From NCBI RefSeq assembly GCF_009914755.1, contig NC_060947.1: 64,000 bases of DNA; one strand, given 5' to 3'. The position numbers and the translations under genes are program-made. The DNA is from the human T2T-CHM13v2.0 reference genome, Homo sapiens. Positions 53,733-64,000 of this stretch are shown piece by piece; position 1 is the stretch's first letter; each line of letters opens with the position of its first letter. The notes under the pieces were generated by a model, which was not told where the DNA came from, ran no database searches, and saw only the letters and a program-made list of their open reading frames with translations.

Positions 53733-56700
53733 CTCTAAAAAAAAACAATTAGGCACATATGCTTTACAGAGTTTGTGATCCTTTAAAGATAAGGTTCATT
53801 TCAGTGCTCTGTGATATACAACAAATAAACATAAGTTTTCCAGTATGTTATAAGAAGTTAACATAATTCAAATATTGACTCTTAATTTTAATAAAAAAGA
53901 ATATTAAAATAGTAAATGAAAGCATACCAATTAAACTTACTATCCAAACAATCCATCACAATCACAGATAATTAATTCTAGAATTACAAAGTAAGTTTTA
54001 AAAGGAGAAAATCATGAAGTGATATACAATTTTTTAAAGCAGCACTATTTTTTATAACCCCAAACTGTAAACAAAACAAATTTCCATGAGGAATAGAATG
54101 GATAAATTTCTGTACAGTTATACAACGGGATACTTTACAGCAATGAACATGATTTAATTAGTAATGCTCTAACTGGAATGAATGTCAGAAACATAATATT
54201 CAATAGGAAAAGCCAATCATGTGAGTATACAGTAACCTATATTACTGTCAGTGATTTAAGGTTACATTTGAAGATGGGTGGTGTTGACTGGGAGAAGCAT
54301 GGTGAAGGCATCAAGGGTGCTGGTAATGTTCTGCTTTTTTTGATCTGGGTGGTGTTTTTTTGTGCAAATTCACTGAGTTGTCCACTTAAGGTTTGTATCC
54401 TTCTATATCTTGCACTATATATTTCAAACAAAAGTTTAAGCATATTTAGTATTAGTCTATTTATTATGACAGTTTTGGCATCCCATATACTTTTTCTAGA
54501 AATAATCTAGCCTAACAGATATATAAGTGTGTAGTTGATAATGTTATCTTTTCATTTTTATTGTTATGTCATATTTCCATAGTTATTTTCCCTCTTTTTT
54601 CCATAATTTATTTATTTGTTTCTTTTTTGTGTTATCAGTCTTCCTAGAGGGCTACCTTAACATGCGTTTCAAAATACTGACTCTCAGTTTTGTCTTCCCT
54701 ACCATTTTCTTTTTCATCGGTCTATCAGTTTCTGAAATTGATATGTTAGACATCAAAATGCAATTGTTGATTGAACTCTTTATCCAGGCACTTTTATCAA
54801 AAGTTGCTAACATACTATTTGAGGCCATACTGTGTGTTACTTATTTGTTTATGATGGTTTTATCCTATCGTTTTATTGTTCCTTTTATGATATACTCTGC
54901 TTATTCCTGAAGAAAAGTGTTTTTATAAATACCATTTTGCCATATGCTGCTATTAAAGTTTCTTCTTATTCACAATAACATAACATATACATTTAAATTA
55001 TTTTTTCCAACCATTCTATACTTTCTGTTTTATCTCACATGTGTATCTTATAAGACATATATTATTTCAATTTTCCAATCACAGATATTCAGTTTTTAAA
55101 ATGGGAAGTTAAAGTTGTTTATATTAATTTTAATTCATGTTGTTTTAGAGTCTATTTATGCCATCACAATTGATGTTTTACATTTATTTATTTTCTTTTC
55201 CCCTATTTTGCTTTCCATTAAATAGACTAAGTTTTCTTCTGATTTCAAGGTTTAATTCTACTTTTGTTCTTATGGTGGTTATTCTTAACCTAAGCTGCAT
55301 AATCATGTACGCTTACCACTACTGAGTTCTTAAACTTAGTAGTATCATTTTCCCCTTAAAAAGGCAAATAATTTAGCATTTGACCTCTCCATATGTCTAA
55401 TCCCTATCCCCTCACATTGACATAGCCTTGAGTTTACGTTCTGGATCATAATAAATATATTCTCTTTTTCTTTTTCTTTGCCCTAGCTATTTTTATTAAG
55501 GAACAATAAATTTTACTGAAGGATTTTATCACATTTAGTTCTTCTCTAGATTTGCTTTCCTTCTTACTTAATTCTTAAGCCAGTGTTGTTTTCAATGTTA
55601 GTCTCTATTAATATAGATAATCTTACAAAGATAATCAGTTTAACAGGGGACAAAAGGTAGAAAAAGGAACACTGAGATGATGAAGAAATAGCAACTTAGG
55701 CTGGGGATGAAGAAGGCAAAAGCTGGAATTATCAAACTTTGAAAGCTTGTTTTGGAAACAAGCCATTATACATAAAAACAATTGTGTAACTATAGATCAA
55801 TAACAAACATAACAATACAGTTTAAAATAGTAATAATAACATCAAAATAAAACATCTTGGAATTAATCTAATGAAATATACACAGAAATGTAAAAAAACA
55901 AATAAATGGTGAAGAAAGGAGGAATATCAAATTCATAGATTGCTATTTCCAATATTGTAACAATGTGAATTCTCTTCAAATTGATCTATAAATTCAATGC
56001 AGTCTCAATCAAAATCCTAGGGAGATATTGTTATAATTGGTGAGCTGATTCTAAAATTTGGAAAGAAATTCAAATACAGGTAAGGTGCGATGCTGCTACT
56101 ATATGAAGATCTACTAAAAAATTGTGACAAAAAAGCCCAACAGCTCAATAGAAATATGGGAATATATAAAAAGACATATTCTCCCCGATGAAAAATGTCT
56201 TTAAGCATATTAAAAGGTTCTCTGATTGTACCATGCAGCTGTGAAAAGGAATAAGAATGATCTCTCTACATTGAAACACAGTGGTAATAAAATATATATT
56301 TAAGTGATGAAAGCAAGATTCAGAATAGTGCAGAAAAACACAAATAGAAGATGTGGAAAATTCTCTCTCCTCCCCCCATCTATTTCTCTCTCTCTCTCTC
56401 TCTCTCTCCCTCTTTCTGCAACAAGGAGAGAGGATAAAAATGAAAGTGAAATAGTGAAATTTCTGTGAAAATAACTTGAATACGATTTTGGCTATGGAAT
56501 CATATGCAAAAAATATTTTCCTTAGTTACAAATGTTGAATCAGAACAGAAAAGAATCTTAAAATATAAAAGGAAACTGAAAGAGATGTACTAATTGTATA
56601 TGGTTGGTTGGATAGACACAAAAAGGAAGAAATTAATTAAGTGATTTTAAAACACAATATTTTGACAGACATTCTTAGTGGGATACATTCTCATGACAAA

Positions 56701-57058
56701 AAAATTAATCCAGCTAATGAAAGCGCAAGAGAATATGGGATTGGAATATCACTATTTTGCAATCTTTGGTGAGATAATAGAGCCAAATAACTATCGTTGA
56801 TGGGTGGTAAGATGTTTAGGTAAAAGCTTGATGGGAAAATTTATAATGGCGGTGTCAGGCTGATATCATATGAACTCACTGGTCAACAATAGATACACTA
56901 AAACTTTACAAGGAGATTTTATGTGTCACATGATATGATGCAATAGGAAGTAAATAGCACTTGAATGATGATTTACTTTTGCCTAAAAGTGAAAACTGAA
57001 TAAAATCAAGCCTCTATATCTAACTACAAGTTTACTGAAAATATAGCAGAAAAAGAAA

Positions 57059-57818
57059 TGTTACCAAACCAAACTTGGGTCCACCTGTGTGGTGCAGCAA
57101 AGCCAAACACTGACATAGGGATTGCAGTGAGAGAAAGCGAGGGATTTATTGCAGGGTGCTAAGCAAGGAGGATCAGGCAGCTAGTGATTAAGACTCGAAC
57201 TCCCTGATGGCTTAAAGGTAAAACTTTTTTAAGGTGGGGAGGAAGAGGTTACACGCAAAGTCATAAATCAATACATGGAGGTTATTCATTGGTTTGACCT
57301 AAAGAGGCAGGATATCTCAAAGCAAGGTCTTACAACCCATAGATAGATTCAAAGATTTTCTGATTTGCAATGGGTTAAGGAGGAGAAGTTTTAATAAAAA
57401 ATTTGTAGGCCACAGAAATGAATGTTGGCTCTGTTTCATGTGTATGACTTCCTCTAGGTTCCTCAAGGAAGAACTTTAGAACAAAGAACACTGATCAGAA
57501 TTCAGTCCCAGGTTCCTCCTTATCTGACGTCTATTGTGTGGGAAGATCACTTTGGTGAATGTCTGAATTCCTGAGGAACAACTCAGGAACATATGTTGTT
57601 ATCTTTAGTTTCTGTAGGAAACCAAACATCCTGTGTTTCTAACTTCTTTGTCTATTGTTTTAAGCTACTGTTACCTTCCTGCTTATGAAGTTGCTCATTT
57701 ACTTCTCAGGGTAGCTAGGCGCCTGGAATTTCTTTTGAAGGAACTCAAGATTTTCCTTTGTTTCCGTGCTTAGAGATAGGGGCCTGCAGGCCCTTAAGAC
57801 GGGCCCTGCTCTGTCTCA
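57059..57818 (-). mobile_element. ERV1 solo LTR (MER66-like)
   Basis: Minus strand starts tgagacagagcagggcccc; perfect 4-bp TSD GAAA. Confidence 0.7.
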
Positions 57819-58188
57819 GAAATAAGGTAAACGACAACTTGAAAAAGCAACCTGCCAAATCCAGAATGTGGGACATGCCACAAAACAAGTGATCGTGGTT
57901 CCTCCTATCAAAAAAACAGCATAAAAAAGGAGGGGAGACTTACCATGTGAATTAAACTTAAGAAACAAAATCACCAAATGAAGCATATGGACATTTTGGA
58001 TATTGATTTGAAAAAAAAGAAAAGACAACTTTGAAAGCTTTGATGAAATTGGAGACCATGGGTGCAACATGGATTGAATAGTACATGATATTAAGTAATT
58101 ATTGTTAATATTAGTAAGTGTGCCAACAGCATTTTGGTAGAGTTAAAAGGCTCTTATTTATCAATGCGTAATAAAGTTTTAATTCATT

Positions 58189-58550
<362 letters not shown>

Positions 58551-58786
58551 TCAGCAATACAAACAAATGTGTATGGGATGAAGAATACATGAAACAATGA
58601 TCAGCTTGATAAGTGTTGACAGTGAGTGATGGGCATTCATGGAATTTCATCTGTAACAGGATTGTTTCTACTTTTTTGTATGCATGATAATTTACATAAA
58701 AATATTTACAAAGAAAAAAGCAGTAGTGCCTGAGAATATCAATGCTTGAGCCAGGCTGACTGGGTTCTTGCAAATCCTGGCCCTAC

Positions 58787-59534
58787 TGAAACAGGAGAGT
58801 TCCCAGATCCCCCTCGCAGGACATGCGACAGGGCTGTGGCTTGCCTGTTCAGTAGCCGCCACTGCTCCAACCCCTGAGGGGAGGGAGAACATGCAGATGG
58901 ACAGATGTAGGAACCCAGGTGGGCGTGTGTTACAGTGTGCCCTTTTAGCCCTGCTGTCTGTGGACAGCTTGAGTGTTAACCAGCTCAGTGGATGCTCTGC
59001 CTTTCTGCAAGAACAGAGGGGCAGTGTGACAGCTTTCTGTGTCCCGAGCTTTTGTCCAGTGTCCGGGAAGAATCGGGTCACACATGGACTCGAAGAATGA
59101 ATGCGGGAGTTTTGAATGGTGGAGGTGGCTCTCAGTGGGATGGATGGGAGCCAGAAGGGCGGATGGAGTTGGAAGATGATCTTCCTCTGGAGCCTGGCTG
59201 TCCAGCAGCCAAACTCCTCTCTGACCACCCCCAGCCGAACTCCTCTTGGCATTCAGACGTTCCTCCTCTTCTATCATTCTCTGCCGCATTGTTACACTGT
59301 CCGTCTGCTTGTCTCCTTGTCTCCTTGCCTGCTCATTTGCTTCTGGAGCCTGGGGTTTGGGGTTTATATGGGTACAGGATAGGGGGCTTGGCAGGCCAAA
59401 AGGCAACCTTTTGGGCATGAAAACAGAAATGCCTGTCCCCATTTAGGGACCCTGGTCTCCAAGCTTGAGGGTGGGGCCTTTGCTGGGGAGCTGCCCTCTT
59501 CTACCCAGTGTCTCCCTGTCTCCTGTCTGTATCA
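58787..59534 (-). mobile_element. MER50 solo LTR
   Basis: Minus strand starts tgatacagacaggag...ctgggtagaagagggc; TSD ctac/ctgc. Confidence 0.82.
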
Positions 59535-60662
59535 CTGCTACTTACACACATTGCTATTTTTGTCAAAAGAAAATGATTTAAGTGACTTAAATAGAGTTTA
59601 AAGGTCTGTTTATTTAACTGATGCACATGAGGGAGTGTCTACAGACCAGGTAACTCCTCAAATGAAGCAAGGTCAAGATTTTATAAAATAGGGAGAAATT
59701 GAGTGCATATACTTGAGGTTTTGGTTTAGGCAGCAGTTTTATACTTTAAGGGAACTCTATGGTTCAGGATCATTTCTATTTTCATCCTTCTTTTGAGGCT
59801 CTAATAAACATTAAAAACAGTATTTTTCAAGAACAGTTTTTGCAAGTCTTGTGGCTTATCAGCCAGTCAAATTTCACAAATAGTAGAAAAAGAAAGAAAA
59901 GGTAACAAAGGTAGAAGGCAAAGGGAAAACTGGAGATCCTCTAACATCCTCGATCATATTTATTTTAGCCCTTTTACATCTTGCACTACCAGCTATATTT
60001 ATCATATCACACTTTGCTCATTTGTAAAATGAGGATGATAACAGTACCTAATTATCAGCATATTTGTGAATATGCACTGAGTTAATATACAGTACATCAA
60101 CATTTCACATGCTCCTTACATACCTGGCATATATTAGGTGCTCTGAAAATGTTATTGTCTTGATAGGCTTCAAACAGGCATTGCTAGCATTTCATCTTTA
60201 TATCACGTGAATCCCAGTGGCCCAATAATCTTCATGGATGTATACATGTTATTTTGTCTCTTCTTCCAAGTTGTGGCCACTTTTTCTGTTTTGGGTAGGT
60301 TTCAAGTTGTTTTTTGGATGCTTGTTTGCAAATCAGAAACCTACGTTTGGAAAATATAAAGCAATTACTTCAATTGTGAAAATAAAAATATAATGAATTT
60401 TCTAAAAATGAATCTGTAAAATACCAATGTTTGATAGTGAAGTAAAACGTGAATTAGGTTCTTCATTTTACCTGCAGAGTTAAAAGTGCTAGGTGAGTGT
60501 GATCAAAGTGGGTACAGCAGCCTCAACATCCAGACTATAATAGAGCTTAGTGAATCCTCAGTGAGGACAATTTGCAATGTTGGCAATTCAAAAGAAAAGA
60601 GCACTCAGTAACTAATAGCTAAAATGTTTTAGTGTTCACTATTTATCAGGCTCTGAGCTAAG

Positions 60663-60958
60663 CAGTCCCCACTTATTTATGATTTTGCTTTCCATAGTTT
60701 CTGTTACCTGAGGTCAACCATGGTCTGAAAATATTAAATGGAAAATTCTAGAAATAAACAATTTATAAGTTTTAAATTGTACACCACTCTGAGTAGCATA
60801 ATGAAATCTCCTACAGTCCTACTCCATTCCACCCAGGGTGTGTATCGTACCTTTATTTTGTGGGTCCATGCTGTACAGGGTGTATCTGTACAATATGGGG
60901 TTCAGCATCTGCTGAGGGTCTTGGAACATATCCCCCAATGAGAGGGGGAAACCGCTAC
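60663..60958. mobile_element. TcMar-Tigger MITE (Tigger3a/MER8-like)
   Basis: cagtccccacttat... terminus; ggtctgaaaatattaaatggaaaattc motif. Confidence 0.7.
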
Positions 60959-61499
60959 ACATATTTTCTTGTTTATCGCACAAAATAATTTTATATAACT
61001 AATGCTTTTGATCTCTATTTTCCAGATGAACCCATTGTAACTCAAACAGATGTAGTAACTAGAAAAATGTTTCACACTGCACCAGTAATTAAACACAAGA
61101 AGTTGATCCTATGGCTTACATGCCTAATGATTACAACTTAACAATCTCTGATTCAAATATATGCCTATAGAACATTGTTTTCAAAGAAAGGAAAACTTAC
61201 TCTGAAGCTATTTTGTAAACTTGTTACAGGGTATTGCACCTTATATTCTTTCTATTTTATGACTTTCTTTGGAGATAGTGATTTTCAGAAGTGAAAATGT
61301 CATTAGTCAGGGTGAACAGTGCATGATGGTGTTGCTGCAGTTTTATTCAAAATTGTAAAGTTCTGTAAAATAAGATAATTAAATTATGGGGGCATATTAG
61401 CCATTAATGTAGAATACTTAGTGGAATAATCAAAAGTACTTATGCAAGACACTAGCTGGCTTTTTATCAAATTCATTATTTTCTTCTTCTATCAACAAC

Positions 61500-63350
61500 T
61501 AGACTACATGTACTGCCCCCTTTGCAGTAAAGTGTGTCCATGTAAATGATTTCTAGCTAAAGATGTGTAAGCAGAAATTGAGTATGCTAATTCTAGGACA
61601 GGCCCATAGAAACACCCCATGCATAATTCTACAAGCTCTTTTGCTTTCAGCCAGCTGGTAGCAGAAGAGTACAGTGACTGAGGAAACAATATCTTGAATG
61701 TAGAGGAGCCTTAAGAGAGAAGGAGCCTGAATCCCTGAATCAACACTTGAAAAAGAGCCACCAGCAAATCACAGACATTAGTTTTGGATATATGTGTGAG
61801 ATAAATCTCTAGTATATTATGACAATAAGATTTGGGGATTCATCAATTATAGTGGATAATGCCACCTGAACTAATTAATACAGAAATTGATCATTTGAAG
61901 CAGGGTGCTATTTTAACAAAATGTTGCAATAAAAGAAGTGGCTTAGTTGTTGGACAGTGGTTGGGCAGTTAAATCAATATTGCAGTGAGATCCATCTGGT
62001 GAAGTAAGAAAACATTTGGTGAAAATGTCACCTGCAATAACTTGAATGGCAATGATAATGATGGGTTGACATTTATGTTCTGCTTTTTATAAGATATTAT
62101 TAGAAGATAAGATCAGGAAATAATTGGTTGGTGTGTAAGCAGAAATGTTTAGCAAGTAGAGAAAGTTCAGAAATTCAGGACCTTAAGGGCTAGAAAAGCC
62201 AACTTATTCTAAGCATCAAGGACTAAGAGGTATGAATTTAAAAGGCATTGAATGAAAAGCCCAATAAGACTTCTCAACTGAGCAACATAATTCAGTTTGG
62301 CAGTCAAGATATGTTATCCAGCATTCTCACTTATTTTATCAGAAGGAGTCAAGTTAACCTACATTAAGTTGAGAAATAAAGACATAGACACTGCTGTGCT
62401 GGATCTCAAAAAGTACATAAATAATAAAGTATTTATAATATTTGCAAATATTCTTCCAATTTCAAGCTACCAGTGTGATGTCAACTGGCTCCCAAAATTC
62501 CAAAAATTTAATAATCAGTTCTTGAAAGCCAGTACTGGCTGATTAAGGCACACCACAGGTGTGAAACCAAGAATACGTCATATTTTAGCTGTCTTGCAAA
62601 CAACTCCTGCCGGGTGCGGTGGCTCATGCCTGCAATCCATACGCTTTGGGAGGCGCAGGCGGGCAGATTGCTTGAGGCCAGGAGTTGGAGACCACCCTGG
62701 CCAACACAACACGGCGAAACCCTGTCTCTACTAAAAACCCAAAAACAATTAGCTGGGTGTGGTGGTGCCCACCTGTAGTCCCAGCTACTCAGGAGGCTGA
62801 GGCAGATGGCGCCACTGCACTCTGGCCTGGGCGACAGAGCAAGGCTCTGTCTCAAAAAAAAAAAAATTCTATGTGGTTAAAGACATTAGAACAGCTTTGA
62901 TGTGGTTAAAAACACTAGAACTGGAATCTAGAAAATAAAACTGCTAGCGTTTTCTTTTTCTGGTAATTAACCAAAAATACCATGGTTCTTGATTTGCACG
63001 AGCAAGAGGCAGGTTATAACAACTATGCAGTACCTAAAGAAAGCGTAATTCCCAAAGTCCATTTTGGGTAAAGAATAATGAAAGAGAAGGAACCTTGCAG
63101 AAGTCAGAGCTGGGAGCGTCACCTACTAAAAAATAAGACATTTGCTCCCCCAAACCAAAATCAGCTGTAATCAAGGAACTGTCCTAATTACCAGGGGGTG
63201 AGGGGACAGCTCGCAATGCCTTCCTCTTGAGCTTATGTCATTACTGTGCGCCAGTACTTCTGGTTCTTTCTCATTTTTTCTTTTTCTAAATGGGGATGTT
63301 TTTGTAGTTCTCCTGTTCCAGCACTATCATTGTATACTGCACATTTAGGG
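61500..63350 (+). mobile_element. Old MLT1 LTR plus MLT1-internal remnants, interrupted by an Alu
   Basis: LTR end ...ctaattaataca followed by gaaattgatc..gaagcagggtgc (MLT-int start). Confidence 0.55.
62609..62866 (+). mobile_element. Alu with deletion in the right arm
   Basis: aggctgaggcag joins directly to atggcgccactgcac. Confidence 0.85.
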
Positions 63351-63361
63351 AGGGAAGGAAT

Positions 63362-63890
63362 TGTATTCCTTTCCTATTGCTGCTGTAACAAATTGCAATA
63401 CATAAATGTATTATCTAACCATTTAGGAGGGCAGAAATTCAATTTGGGTAACACTCAGATCAAATCAAATTCTAGCAGGGTGGCACTTCTTTCTGGAGAT
63501 TCTGGTGAGAATCTATTTTCTTGCCCTTTTCCAGCTTCTAGAGGCTGTCCACATGCTTCACTCATGGCCCCTTCCTCCATTTTCAAAGCCACCTGATGGC
63601 TGGTCGAATCTTCACATTACATCCCTTGACCTCCTTTCATCATTACAGCTCCTTCTCTGACTCAGACAACTATTCTGGCCCTCTCTTCCACTTTTAAGAG
63701 CTCTCATAACTACCTTGGGCCCCTCAGACAATCCACGATCAGTTTCTTACCTTAAAGTCAGCTGATTAGAAAGCTTAGTTCTATCTGAAACCTTAATTAT
63801 TTTTGCCATGGGACCTAACATACTCACCGGTTCTGGGGCTGAGGACATGGATATCTCTGGAGGAGGGGTGGGGGCAGGGTATTAGTCTGC
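63362..63890 (-). mobile_element. MLT1D/E-type MaLR LTR
   Basis: tgtattcctttcctattgctgctgtaacaaatt...cttttccagcttctagaggctg. Confidence 0.75.
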
Positions 63891-64000
63891 CTTCTTCAGT
63901 GATCAACTTGTCTTCTTAGTTCATATATCTCCAGATAAAGAGAAGCTACAGGCAGACTGGACAATAATTACTGCACATCTCCTGGAAATGCTTGATTTTG

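Noticed and set aside
54566-54910. Hydrophobic 114-aa ORF that looks like a membrane protein
   Set aside because: T-rich, probably antisense old L1 sequence, which yields Phe/Leu/Ile-rich frames by composition
58692-59446. 186-, 165- and 142-aa ORFs
   Set aside because: They lie in the MER50 LTR and show no protein-like features

Overview
Primate, almost certainly human, X-chromosome DNA from the Xp21 MAGE-B cluster. The window has three parts. (1) 1-8.2 kb is repeat-rich: an LTR12/ERV9 LTR, Alus, L1, a twin-primed RPL22 3'UTR retrocopy and a composite local duplication. (2) About 8.2-24.4 kb is an ancient tandem array of MAGE units: the intact 275-aa MAGEB5 ORF (12612-13439, +), a fully disabled MAGEB paralog (18950-19995), and two units that kept only 3'UTR and downstream sequence. 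A collapsed HML-5/LTR22 provirus sits within this array. (3) 25-64 kb is rich in LTR, L1 and Alu sequence, but the apparently empty AT-rich stretch at about 29.5-46 kb hides a fossil spliced gene on the minus strand. At least five consecutive exons (29556-31830) join in phase with no frameshift and carry only point-mutation stops, mostly TGA. Further phase-compatible exons lie at 31.9-32.0 kb and 38.6-40.5 kb. I could not recognise the protein; it is the best candidate here for something undescribed (a probable unitary pseudogene). All repeat subfamily names and gene identities come from recalled consensus sequences, not from database searches. Most ORFs in the supplied track are repeat-derived noise.
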